DNA of 63,966 bases, filler included, from Craspedostauros australis (taxonomy: Eukaryota), in NCBI GenBank assembly GCA_030167865.1. It is 13 parts of 13 records of this genome, joined end to end, with 100 filler letters (N's around TTAATTAATTAA, not from the genome) between each part and the next. Parts side by side here need not be neighbours in the genome. Positions count along the whole stretch, not along the records: positions 22,023 to 37,735 come from JALAGF010000691.1; 12 more parts are not named here. One strand, written 5' to 3'. The position numbers and the translations under genes are program-made. This document shows positions 23,007-34,087 of this stretch, in pieces (the first letter of the stretch is position 1; each line of letters begins with the position of its first letter). Under the pieces are notes generated by a model. The model was given only the letters and a program-made list of their open reading frames with translations, was not told the origin of the DNA and ran no database searches.

Positions 23007-24417
23007 AGTCTGTCAATAATCGAACTTCAACTATGGGATTGCTGAGCCTGATATCTGAGCCAAATGCCCAGATACGTTCACTCATCAAGACAGTAGGCGT
23101 GCCCTGTGAAGGTGGATTCACAGGGATGCAGACATGCACGTTCATGTGTACATAAGGACAATGGCAGGCAGGGCCTGACGTCCATGTAGTAGCTCGCTAC
23201 CATCCTCAAACACCAAGACAAGTATCTGAGGGCCGTCGCGAGTTGCGGTAAATGAGGTCAACAAAGAAAGAGAAAACGGTTCAAGACCAACTGTCCCTTG
23301 CGTGACCCAGCACATTCTATGGAGAACAAGATTAGACATAGACTAAGGTGAATATAGACTGTTGATCTAGTACGTTGGAAAAACTACTGAATGTCACACG
23401 ATCGTCACGGAGCAGCGTGCGTCTTCGACCAAGAGGACCACAAATCTACAATGGTCCATAAAACGTAAAATAAAACCGTAGAGAAAATCGATACCAGTAC
23501 GCACCTGTTTATTTATCTAGTTTATGAATATGTGAGTGATTTGGTTGGAAGCCCCGTATGTTGCCAGCACCCCAGGACTGACTTCAGGTTCCGTCATTCA
23601 TGTGGGTCTTATGGTGTCCCACGCCGATGCCTGAAATTCACTTTTGGCGCGAAACTGTCCGACTTCGACGACTGCAACACCCTCCTTCTTCTTCTCCTCC
23701 TCCTCCTCTTTCATGCATGAACCATTGCTGATTCAATGCCATGATCGACCCGATTCCAGTTGCCTTTGGAGCCATGCTCCTCAGATCCTTTTGACTGTAA
23801 CTCATCTCAAGTCCCTCCATGACTATGACAGCCACCTTGTCGCCACAGTCAAGGCATGGATATCCAACTTGCTTCAACCCAAGCAGGGGAATCCGATGGT
23901 GAATTCCAACAACAACTGCTGCTGCATCTTCACCTCAACTTCAATAAAGCGCTGAGCTGATATGCTCTACATTGTGATGCAACGGCACATGGAGAGATGA
24001 GCAAGAGGAAGGAGCAGCGTCCATCCTCAACACTGAACCATGTGGATCAGTGCAGAGCCGTATCAACTGTGTGAACATTGTTTCTTCATCCTACTACAAC
24101 AACTAACAAACTAACTCATACTAACACAAGCCGAGATTTGTACGAACAGCACTACTCTATTCATTGTTGCAGTAACAACTACTTCACCAAGCACTCACCC
24201 CTCGCGAACTGCATCAAACGGTTTCCTTTGACCAGCAGTCCACAAGGCCTTCCTGCCGGATCATGTCCCAACAGCACACGACTTCCAACTGAAGGGTTCT
24301 TCTTGGTCTGTTCGTCAGCTCATCTACTTGTACCATGTGCCCTGCTCCTGGTGCCTCTATTGAGAGGACCATTGTGTGAGTGATGTACATATAATACACG
24401 TACACATTCCGACATAT

Positions 24418-24804
24418 AGTTGGTGGATTTGGAAAATGCCCCGGGAAGTCTGGAATGCCGGAAATGTGAAAGAGCACAAAGGGAAACGACATTCAACCAA
24501 ACGAAACCTACAAAGACAGGTCCAGAGGATGGCTCAGAGTGCGAGCCAAGATATGACCGAATTGGAACTACACATATTCCAGGAAGGTTGCAGTATCAAG
24601 CATGATACGGAAATACAAATGAAGCAGTGGCTGGACTCCGCGATCGCGGTCCAAGCGGCGGTCAAGCTCGACGAAGATCGCGATCGATGCAAGCAGAAAG
24701 GAGAGCCATGGAAGCTTGGCTGGGATTGGTTTGAACGGAGACACCTGACAGCTCACTCACAGCTTGGTCCCATGGGACCGGCGACGGCGAGGGCAAGGCC
24801 TTGA
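24418..24804 (+). mobile_element. Probable 3' remnant of a non-LTR retrotransposon ORF2
   Basis: WIWKMPREVWNAGNVKEH...LQRQV...HIF...MKQWL resembles the W..W..RN...H C-terminal pattern of LINE ORF2 proteins. No RT domain visible. Confidence 0.35.
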
Positions 24805-25493
24805 GGCACATCCATGATGTAATCACTGAGTTTAATTATTATTGGTTGTCTGTCATCTCAGAATGCAAAAGGCAAACGACAAGACACAGCTCCTTGCAGG
24901 AGCGGTGATCCTCGCAGTTCTCTCCGTTGTCGTCAGGCGCAGTGAGACGCTTGCCTTCATCGAGGTCGTGCATACTTGGAGTAGTTCTTTCCATTAAAAA
25001 AATCGGATCTTTCCAACTCTGCTCGTACACAGCAAAGTGGTGAACTTCCGTTTCGAAGACTCTGCACAGTACAGTTTCGTTGTTTTATGTCTACTCATTC
25101 TCTTGCCATCACAATCACAGACCCCCACCCGTCCAACCACCGCCTTTGGATCCTGTCTCTCAAACACTCTGGCTCCAACAGCCAGAGATATCCTTATCAT
25201 CGCCGACACCAACCCCAATTCTGGCACCAACGTACACTGGCGCAGTCTCCGTTGGAGAAGGTATTGTTGCTCTTGTCGTCGCCGTTGTTGCAACATCAGC
25301 AACATTTTGATCATGATGTATCTTCAACGTGTGCATGGAGAAATGCTCCCAGAGAGGTAATCTGAGAGAGGGAGAAGAGAGCCTGGTAGGGGAAGGAAAT
25401 GGTGGAGGAGATCGACCTGGTTCTTTCCTTCGCCAAGCCATTCTGTACCATCTGATCCTTTGAATGAAAGGGAAAGGTCCGGCGCTCCCAGGA

Positions 25494-26591
25494 TTATGGA
25501 GTATGTGGCATTGATGGGATCGCTGGAGCTGCTGGTGTACCAGGCAATGCAGGGGCTGCTGGTGTACTGGGCAGGGCTGGGGCTGCGGGTGTACCGGGCA
25601 GGGCTGGAGCTGCGGGTGTACCGGGCAGGGCTGGAGCTGCGGGTGTACCGGGCAAACCTGGGGCTCCTGGTGCACCTGGTGTACCGGGCAATGCTGGAGC
25701 TGCTGGTGTGCCGGGCAGGGCTGGAGCTGCTGGTGTACCGGGCAGGGCTGGAGCTGCGGGTGTACCGGGCAGGGCTGGAGCTGCGGGTGTACCGGGCAGG
25801 GCTGGAGCTGCGGGTGTACCGGGCAAACCTGGGGCTCCTGGTGCACCTGGTGTACCGGGCAATGCTGGAGCTGCTGGTGTGCCGGGCAGGGCTGGGGCTG
25901 CTGGTGTACCGGGCAAACCTGGGGCTCCTGGTGCACCTGGTGTGCCGGGCAAACCTGGGGCTCCTGGTGCACCTGGTGTGCCGGGCAATCCTGGGGTTCC
26001 AGGTGTTCCAGTCTGAGGAGGTTCCGGTGCCTGTGGCGGTTTTGGTCCTGGTACTTGTGGGGGGTTTGCCGTGGCGCTGATTGTCTGCGTCACAGTGCCA
26101 CGCAAGTTAGGGGTCGTCGCAGATGGACACTCGCACAAAAGCTTGTACGTGATCTTGGCAGCCGTGGCATCGGCCTCGCAGCACTTTGAGACGGCGGCGT
26201 CGGAGCCCACCTCGGTCTCGAACCCCGCCAACCAGAGGTCGACGATAGCAACCTGGTTTTCCATCTGGCAGGCGGCTGTGTAGGTCTCGCAGGTGGTGGA
26301 TGCGGACGGATTGCTTTGGACGCACGTGGAATCGTAATGGTCAGGTCTGTACTCGGTCCAGAAAGCGCCACCACTGTTGGGGGTTTGGCACACCTGGAAG
26401 GTGACCGTGGCACCATCTCCGCTGAGAACGGTCAGAGGAAGGCTCGATTCGAGCTGGGCGGTGCTCTGGCTCTCGGATAGACGGACGTTGTTGATGGATG
26501 CGATGGTACGGCGGTCATCCTGGCATGGGAGACCAACGGAGGCAGATGAGCCAACGAATAGAGAGGAAAGGATGAAGACGGAAAACTTCAT
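25494..26591 (-). CDS. Secreted protein: signal peptide, Cys-rich beta module and collagen-like (G/A-X-P)n tail
   Basis: MKFSVFILSSLFVGSSA signal. Module LPLTVLSGDGATVTFQVCQ..YTAAC..VDLW..KCC..YKLLCECP. Then GTPGTPGLPGTPGAPGAPGLP and (GTPAAPALP)n. Confidence 0.85.
   Translation of the reverse strand: MKFSVFILSSLFVGSSASVGLPCQDDRRTIASINNVRLSESQSTAQLESSLPLTVLSGDGATVTFQVCQTPNSGGAFWTEYRPDHYDSTCVQSNPSASTTCETYTAACQMENQVAIVDLWLAGFETEVGSDAAVSKCCEADATAAKITYKLLCECPSATTPNLRGTVTQTISATANPPQVPGPKPPQAPEPPQTGTPGTPGLPGTPGAPGAPGLPGTPGAPGAPGLPGTPAAPALPGTPAAPALPGTPGAPGAPGLPGTPAAPALPGTPAAPALPGTPAAPALPGTPAAPALPGTPAAPALPGTPGAPGAPGLPGTPAAPALPGTPAAPALPGTPAAPALPSTPAAPALPGTPAAPAIPSMPHTP
25510..26010 (-). repeat. Coding minisatellite of 27-bp (GTPAAPALP) and 36-bp (GTPGAPGAPGLP) units
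   Basis: Near-identical units on + strand: ggtgtaccgggcagggctggagctgc and gggcaaacctggggctcctggtgcacctggtgt. Confidence 0.9.
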
Positions 26592-28141
26592 GCTGTTGGT
26601 CTGTTGTTTGTTTGCCTTGTGATTAATTTGGCTTGGTTTTGCTTTCGCGAGATTGTGATTTTGTGAGAAGAAACCGATGTGTGTCTGTCCTGTTCGTATT
26701 CTGAAGCGAAAACCACAGACAGTGCTTTTGCACACACGCACACACATGAACATTGGCAGAGAGAAACGAGAAGGAGCAGCACTGTCCCTCATTTGGCGGT
26801 TTTGGATGAGCCCGAACGGCGAGGAATCGTTGGACGTAGCGTCCGTATGGATGTGCAATGAGCGTGACTGCCTCCAGGTGTCGATTGTGTTGTTGGCAAG
26901 TTGCCCCTTTGGCAGACCCGACGATGAGATCGCACAGTGTTGTCACAAGCCAAGGAGTCACACCCGCATCACAAGAAGGTGCCAATTCCAACATGCTCAA
27001 TATAAGAGTAATAATAGCACGGAAGCGAGAGCACTGCTCGGCTATATATGTATGCAAAGGACAATACTATATATAATGTGTTCTGCTGTTCCATATATTT
27101 ATTGTACGTCGCTCCAACATCCTCGCGGCAATATATTAGAGCTCGCCATGTGATCGCTGTTTGCCGATCAATGCCAATATTGTATTATGGCTCGTGAATA
27201 ATCGCTGTCGTCGTGTCGATGTTGGTGTTGTATTACTGCTCGCATGTATGTACGTGCGCTCTGTTACACGTTGGTCATTGCGGTGCAACGAATGGCGAAA
27301 TTGTATCACGGCTGGTGCCTCCGTCTCGCCGCTGTGGTGGCTGTTGGGTCATAAAGTTCGACGCTGGCACTGGCCTTGGGACCACGTGGGATCACTCTGA
27401 CGCCAATAGTCACCCTTCGTCGATCGACTTGGACATCAAAGACCAACAGCGAACCTTTCACAAAACCCACCAACAACAGTATGCGTTGCCTGTACTCTCC
27501 GCTTCGCAATCGTGCTCTGATGGATCAGTCATCGGAGGTACCAATAGCTCGTACAATACATATGATCTACGTGTACTCCATGTATGTTGAGATCCACAGT
27601 ATGCATACAGGAACACGAACAACAAAGAGGTGAGCTTGAGGAGGACTTCGCTCTGCTCCATTCCATTCCATTCCACGACTATCGTCCTCGCACGCCTTAA
27701 AGTGATCAAGTTGTGTCCTAACCACCGCGGTTCCGTTGTTGTTATGCCTCCTCGTTCTACATGCACGCACATGATACGTCTTGTCGCCCTCATGCGATCA
27801 CAACCGCAGAACGCCATCCGTTCCACCACCGGCTTCGTATCCTGTCTCTCCACCATTGTCGCCCTCATGGAATGGGGTATCCTCGTCGTCAGAAACGTCA
27901 CCCTCAATTCCGCCAGTGCAGTGCATCGAGTTAGCCTCTGATGGAAGGGGCGTTGATGTGAATGTTGATGTCACAGCGTCAAATGCAATCGGACCATCGT
28001 GCTTCTCCGGAGTGTGCATGGAGACGTGCTCCACGGGAGGTGGTCGAGGATAGAAAGGGGTGACACGACCAGCAAAGAAAAGTGGAGGAAGAGACGGATT
28101 TGGTTCTGGCGTTTTCTCGGGCCTTCTGAATCATCGGATCG

Positions 28142-28804
28142 TTAAAATCCAGGCGGAGGACTTGGTTCTTCTGGTTCGCTTGGACCTTCACCTGGTCCTT
28201 CTGGTGTACCAGGCGTACCTGGTAACGGAGGACCCGGAGGACCCAGTGGTGTTGGCAGAAGAGTCACTGTCGTGGTGGCCTGAGTGGTAGCTCCGCGCAG
28301 GTTGGTGGTCGTCACAGCCGGACACTCGCACAGAAGCTCGTACGTGATCTCGGCAGCCGTGGCATCGGCCTCACAGCACCTCGAAAACGGGGGCGTTCGA
28401 GCTGAGGTCCGTCTGGAAGCCTTCGGACCAAAGGTCAACGATGGCGATGTTACTGTTCGGACGACATGATGCTGTGTAGTCCTCACATGTGCTGGACATC
28501 GCCATATCGGTTAGGACGCACTTGGAGTCAAAGAGGTCAGTTGTGAACTCGGTCCAGAAAGCACCGCTGTTGTTGGGGCCTTGGCACACCTGGAAGGTGA
28601 CCGTGTCACAGTCTCCACTGATCACGGTCGGAGAGAGGCTTGACTCGAGCTGGGTGGTGCTCTGGCTCTTGGTTAGATGGACGTTGTCGATGGAGAAGAT
28701 TGTGCGACGATAATCCTGTCATGAGAGCAAATAGTTGCCATTTGCATCGATGAAGGCGGACGAGTCGACGATGAGGGAAGAGAGACCACAGTAGGGAGCT
28801 TCAT
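28142..28804 (-). pseudogene. Pseudogenised tandem paralog of the secreted Cys-module protein at 25494-26591
   Basis: Colinear homology (RRTIFSIDNV, TVTFQVCQ, GAFWTE, AIVDLW, CCEADATAAEITYELLCECP, short GTP/PPG tail). Frameshift in the signal peptide, TGA at 28721-28719 replacing the first Cys, second frameshift near 28385. Confidence 0.85.
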
Positions 28805-29653
28805 ACTGTCGTTGTTGGTGTTTTGTTCCGTTGTTTTGTTTCCCTTGTGATTGATGTGGATTGGTGTTGCTCTGCCGAGATTGAGAGTCTACTATTTGAA
28901 AAGAACGGAACCTGCCACAACCACCATGAACTCCGACGCTCGTCTTTCCATGTATAGTAAGCACGTGCATTGAGAGCGTGAGTGCGTGTGAAACGCACAA
29001 AGAGAGAGATCAGCGTTGGATGGACTTGAAGGATAGGGTCTTTGATCATGGACGACGCTGCATACGATTCCGCGTGCAGCCTTGGAATGTGCTGTTCGCG
29101 CTTCATTTCGTTTGTAGAAACGACGGATGGAGTAGTTCGTAGAAAGTATTGAAGCCAAGTCCCCCATTCGCGATCTCGTTGACGACACGGCATCGTCAAG
29201 TGTCACCTCGGAAGTGCACTGTATGTCATCGCTGCTGGAGATGCCAACGCCACCCAAAAAGTGCGACGCTCGCAGTTTTGTGAGATCTCTTTCAGTATCA
29301 AAGGTCATCCTGCCTTGTCATGCTCTCCACAAAAATCGCCAATGGAATGGACGGGAGCAGGGTGAGAGCATTGCTACTTTCAAAGGGTGCCATGCGTTGC
29401 GCATGTGCTTTCGAGCCACAGGATGCCCAAAGATCCACAGCAAAGTAGGAATCTTTGGTGTACGCGCACACTGATATGCCATTCCATCATCATGTCCCAC
29501 AATACCAATGTTTCAGCTTGTAGATCCACGACATTCCGAATTTCGCTTTCTGCATTGCTTCATTGGTGACTAGTTGCGCTGGACTGAAGGGCGACCATTC
29601 GATCTATCATCAACTGGCAACAAATCTGAGATCTACGAACATTGTTCTAATGC

Positions 29654-32600
29654 TTAGACAGCCGCGACGATCGTGCTCGGTGGTCGTGAGGATGCCCTTT
29701 CGCTGGCTGTTGCCGCGTTTCCTTCGGCGATCACATCTGCCAGATTCACCCGTTCCAGCATCGTGCTTGCTCGGGCATCAAACCGCGTGCGTGCCTTCAA
29801 CGTCGTCGTTCCCTTCGATCGACGAGAGCTTGCCAGGAATTCGAATTCGGACTTGAGCTGAGAAACCTTACCCGTCGCACCCCAGTCTTCGTACAGCTCC
29901 AATGCGCGGACCAGGTAGTTCTCGATGACGGAGTGATCTTTCGGCTGTGGGTTGTCGCCCGTCTTGCGCAAGATCAGGCGAGCAAGCTGCTCGTTGGCGA
30001 TGGCATCCAGGTGCATGAGACCGGTGCGACCGCATGCCACGATGGCCTTGCCGTACGCCCCCTCGTCTTGCGCCTTGGCCGCCTTCATCAAGAGCAGCGC
30101 GGGGAAGGCATTGACGTTGCCGTCCTTGACAGTGGCCTCGTGGAAACGCAAGATCTCCTTCGCGACCTTCAGGTACATCTTGGCCTTCATCTTGTTGATC
30201 TTGGGCACATCAGGTCCCACGTGTTTGCTGCCACCGCCGCTGCCGCTGTTGGCACGACCCTGCACGCCGAGCAGAAAGTAGATGGACAACGCTGTGTACA
30301 AAGCACGAAAACCAATGCGAGCTGTCAGCGGATCCTTGAACTCGATGCCGACGCTGAGGTCCAGGTTGAGTTGCATGGCGTTGTAATCGTTGAATACGCA
30401 GGCCAGCATGAGACGGGATGAGGACAGGTCTCTGAGCGTTGGGATGTACTGGGACGAGGCCTTCATCTGGATGAGGGAATCATCTTCGTCCATGACATCA
30501 CCAACGAGGGAGGCTGGATGGTTCTTCATGTCGTATCCTTCGCCTTGCAGGTTGAGGATGGTTTGGTGGAACATCTGGAACACGACCTGCAGGGAGGGCG
30601 GCATGTTGAACTGCGTGGCCAATCGAAGGTAGTTGGACACATCCGATTCCAACGGTGACAGGGACAACCCGACGCTGAGGTAGCAGTAGGTGTAGATCAT
30701 GGCAGCGATGAAGGCTGGCTCCATGTTGCCGACGGACAGGAAGATCTTGTGGACATTCGCCAACGGGTCCAGACTGTCATGGAAAGGACGGTTGAGATGG
30801 AAGACGGTGCCGTGCAGCATGATGATGCAGCGGGCTCGGTCAGGGCTGTTGGGTGCGATGCGTTGCATCGCTACTTCGCTGATCTCCGTGCGCTCGAAGA
30901 CTTCCTTGAACTTCTTCTCATTGCGCAGACGGACGGAGGGCATCATGACGGGAACGATCGAATGCACGGTGAAGCCGTGTTGGAAGGTGAGCCGCTGCTG
31001 GAGCAGGCCGCAGAGTTCCGTCAGCCTCCAGTTGCCGGCTCCTACAGCGTTGAACGCCAGCTCGGTCAGCAAGTTGGCCTGCCTCATGACGATCTCCTGC
31101 TGGGATGGCTTGCCAAGATCTCCGAGGCCACCGCGTCGCGATTTGCCTCCGCCGCGGACATCTTCTGCTTCGGGCACTTCCAAATTGGGGATGTCGGGGA
31201 TGTCACGCCAGGTGAGCTTTGGGAAATCGCGACGCAGCCTGCGGCGTTCTCTGGCGAGACGGAACCAGCCGACCTTCTTGTTGAGGTTCTTGTATCCGTA
31301 CTGTCGAAGGATGTCGATGTACACGGACTGTGCGTGATCGTAATCTCGCTTCAGATCCATCGCCGCCATGTCACCGAGCAGTAGCTGGACGCGGTACTTG
31401 TCGTAGTTGGATCGGTTGGCATGATCCATGACCTGGCGGATGGCCTCCTTGCTCTTCTCCGTGTGTCCAAGGTAGTACTCCGTTTCCGCGAGCGTTGTGT
31501 ACAGCTCGAGCGTGATGTTGTAGAACTTGGAATCCCACTGTTCTTCGCTGGGGAGGTTGGTGATGCCGAACTCCAGCAGCTCGACGGCTGGGTAGAAGGC
31601 GGATTTGGAGATACTGAGTTTGGCGGCGCGGAGGTTCATGGTACCTAGCGCGACGCACAGGAGGGGTTCCCGACGTCGTTTCGCGACGGTATTCAGCTGA
31701 GACGCGGAGAGGTAGATCATCCAGTCCGAACTGGAGCTGGAGGATGCCGACGAGGCAATCTCTCCACCGGCGTCCTCGACAGCTGCGGCCATTTCCCAGA
31801 GCATATGGCCAAGACGCACATGGATGGCCTCCTGTGCCGCCGTGGACACCTCCTCTGTTGCGACAGCAGCTTGCTCTTGTTGCTTCTCCATCTTCTTCTT
31901 GTAAAAGAGACAGGTGTAGGCTGCTTCTTGCACCTTTTCATGCGACCAAGTGTAGGTCGCGGTGGATGTGGAGGAGGTGGTGGAGTCTGTCATGGTGGAT
32001 GCGTCGCCAACGCTGTCGCGGATGCTGGCACGCGCATTGATGCGACCTGCAACGAGGATGCCGTGCTGCACGGCGATCTCGAGATGCTCCAAGACATCCT
32101 CCGGTTGCACGACGAAGATGCTGGAGCAGGAGAAGATCTTGTCCATGGTATCCGAGTCATCATCCTCGACGACTCCGTCGTACCACACCATGGGCGAGTT
32201 GTTGTTGATGGCGCGGAAGAAGTTCTCGATGACGAGGCTGGGTATGACGTCCTTGCCGATGCAGGAAGCGACCATGAGGACGGCCTTGGTGGCGCAGTGG
32301 AGCTTCTTGAAAGTCGATTTGGCGAGCTCGATGGCGACCTGCGAGGATGGAATCGTGGTGGCGGATTCGATGAAGGCAGGATCCTTCCACTCCCACTGGA
32401 AGGTCCGCAGCGTGTCACGGTAGAGATGATCCTCCTCCTGAAGGTAGATGAGGAATTGGGACAGGTCGTATGGGTTTCCGGATGTCTTGCGGTAGAGCAG
32501 TCCCGCCATCTCGCGTGTGCGGTCGTTGGGTGCCTGCTGGATGAGCTGGATGAAGACGTCATGAACTTGATCCTGCGTGAGGTTGTCCAGACGGATCTTC

Positions 32601-34087
32601 ATGGGGCGGACGGAGTGGATGGTCTGACAGATGGCCGCGTACTTGTGATCGTCGGCGATGTTGTCCTCCAGGTTCTCGGACAAGGAGCCATGCGCGTTTT
32701 TGTCGGCGGAGCGGTAGGAAAGGATGAGGAAGAGGCCGTGGATTGGCTGCTGCTTCATCTTCATCATCTTTTGCTTGACCTTCATCATCTGGGCGTGATG
32801 TTCGTTGCCTTCGTGCTCGCAGTAGCACCGGCCATCGAGGATGAGGGATTGGAGAAGCTCGGCGCTGGCCTGATCGATGTACTGGACGTTGTCAAGATGA
32901 AGGACGACAGGACGCGATGGCTTGCAGCAGAAGTCGGCAAAGAGCTTTCGCAGCAGCGCCTTGAGACGTTGGAAGCTGGCGGTGCGCACGAGATCATCCG
33001 AATCGAAGGACATGGTGGACGAGGATTCGTGGTCGCTGTTGGAGATGGTGGAGTCATCGGTGTTTGCATACGTCTCCTCGTTGTCATCGTTGGTGGTGCG
33101 CTTGTGGTTGTGGTTGTTGGGTTGTGCGAAATGGGACTTGACATGCTCGCGTATCTGCTGACGTTTGTGCTTGATCTTTTCGATGGGGTGCTCGAGCTTG
33201 CAGTGCGTGACGGGGGAGTACTTGAGGCGAGTGGTCTTCTTGGCCTTGTTGAGCTGCGCTAGATCCCAGAGCTGCGGCAGGACCTTCTTGAGCAAGGGCA
33301 GGTCCTGCTTGACGCTGGGTTGCAGGAGGAAGTCGCGCAGGGAGTTGTTGGCTTTGGTGCTGTCGTTCTTTTTGGCGTCCGAGACCTCCCTCTGGCGGAT
33401 CTTGCGCGAGAGGATGAGGATGGCATCGACGAGAGCAGAGTAGGGTTCCGTGGAGGAGCGCGTCGGTTCGTACATGGTGGAGACGAAGAGGGCGCGGGGG
33501 AATATGTTGGCATCCGGCAAGGCTGCATTGTGCACAAGCGACGACTTGCCTGTCCCGGCCTTTCCTTCGATGACGACCATGGTGGAACCACCCTTGGCGA
33601 TCCGGTTCTTGTACAAGTATTCCAGGTCGTCCAGGGCCTTCTTGCGACCGATCAAGAGCGGATTGGCCGTGAAGGCCGCAGCAGGCATGGGGACGTTGGC
33701 GTTGGCCCTTCTGTACTGCGGAGGCTGGAAGCGACTGCCGGCGGATGGCAATCGCAGCATCTTCTGCTTGTCCAGCGGCGGTGGGAAGTTGGTGATGCTG
33801 CGGCCGCCTTGTCGGAAGGAGTCTGTGGTTATGGACGCTGATATGGATGCTGATGTGGATGAGGAGGCAGTGAAGGAGGTCGTATGCGATGCTGATGTGG
33901 ACGCGGTATGCGATCGCATGGAGGCAGAGGCATCAGAGAGCTGCTTGGTGCGCCTCTGGTTGCTGCCGTTGGCCAGAGCGGATGAGATGGCCGACATCGT
34001 TGGCTTTGACGCTCCAACAGGGGAACCCATCGGTGACATCGGTGGCGACATCATCGCGTGCGGTGGTCGGCGTGCGTCCATCGACAT
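29654..34087 (-). CDS. Large STAND-like P-loop ATPase (AAA_16/COG3899-type) with helical C-terminal region, single exon
   Basis: LLIGRKKALDDL, Walker A IEGKAGTGKS, EPYSALVDA, Walker B VVLHLDNVQYID, KTSGNPY, YTWSHEKVQEAAY, C-terminal YEDWGATGKVSQL. Confidence 0.88.
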   Translation of the reverse strand: MSMDARRPPHAMMSPPMSPMGSPVGASKPTMSAISSALANGSNQRRTKQLSDASASMRSHTASTSASHTTSFTASSSTSASISASITTDSFRQGGRSITNFPPPLDKQKMLRLPSAGSRFQPPQYRRANANVPMPAAAFTANPLLIGRKKALDDLEYLYKNRIAKGGSTMVVIEGKAGTGKSSLVHNAALPDANIFPRALFVSTMYEPTRSSTEPYSALVDAILILSRKIRQREVSDAKKNDSTKANNSLRDFLLQPSVKQDLPLLKKVLPQLWDLAQLNKAKKTTRLKYSPVTHCKLEHPIEKIKHKRQQIREHVKSHFAQPNNHNHKRTTNDDNEETYANTDDSTISNSDHESSSTMSFDSDDLVRTASFQRLKALLRKLFADFCCKPSRPVVLHLDNVQYIDQASAELLQSLILDGRCYCEHEGNEHHAQMMKVKQKMMKMKQQPIHGLFLILSYRSADKNAHGSLSENLEDNIADDHKYAAICQTIHSVRPMKIRLDNLTQDQVHDVFIQLIQQAPNDRTREMAGLLYRKTSGNPYDLSQFLIYLQEEDHLYRDTLRTFQWEWKDPAFIESATTIPSSQVAIELAKSTFKKLHCATKAVLMVASCIGKDVIPSLVIENFFRAINNNSPMVWYDGVVEDDDSDTMDKIFSCSSIFVVQPEDVLEHLEIAVQHGILVAGRINARASIRDSVGDASTMTDSTTSSTSTATYTWSHEKVQEAAYTCLFYKKKMEKQQEQAAVATEEVSTAAQEAIHVRLGHMLWEMAAAVEDAGGEIASSASSSSSSDWMIYLSASQLNTVAKRRREPLLCVALGTMNLRAAKLSISKSAFYPAVELLEFGITNLPSEEQWDSKFYNITLELYTTLAETEYYLGHTEKSKEAIRQVMDHANRSNYDKYRVQLLLGDMAAMDLKRDYDHAQSVYIDILRQYGYKNLNKKVGWFRLARERRRLRRDFPKLTWRDIPDIPNLEVPEAEDVRGGGKSRRGGLGDLGKPSQQEIVMRQANLLTELAFNAVGAGNWRLTELCGLLQQRLTFQHGFTVHSIVPVMMPSVRLRNEKKFKEVFERTEISEVAMQRIAPNSPDRARCIIMLHGTVFHLNRPFHDSLDPLANVHKIFLSVGNMEPAFIAAMIYTYCYLSVGLSLSPLESDVSNYLRLATQFNMPPSLQVVFQMFHQTILNLQGEGYDMKNHPASLVGDVMDEDDSLIQMKASSQYIPTLRDLSSSRLMLACVFNDYNAMQLNLDLSVGIEFKDPLTARIGFRALYTALSIYFLLGVQGRANSGSGGGSKHVGPDVPKINKMKAKMYLKVAKEILRFHEATVKDGNVNAFPALLLMKAAKAQDEGAYGKAIVACGRTGLMHLDAIANEQLARLILRKTGDNPQPKDHSVIENYLVRALELYEDWGATGKVSQLKSEFEFLASSRRSKGTTTLKARTRFDARASTMLERVNLADVIAEGNAATASERASSRPPSTIVAAV

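Noticed and set aside
25160..26080. Cornifin-like (QPCPVHQ)n ORF and antisense (VYRAGLEL)n ORF
   Set aside because: Alternative frames of the minisatellite; the G-X-P frame is continuous with the signal peptide and Cys module.
14165..28804. Apparent cluster of P4H with its collagen-like substrate
   Set aside because: An artificial spacer at 21923-22022 separates them, so physical linkage is unproven.
31805..33262. 485-aa + strand ORF
   Set aside because: Antisense shadow of the GC3-rich ATPase gene.
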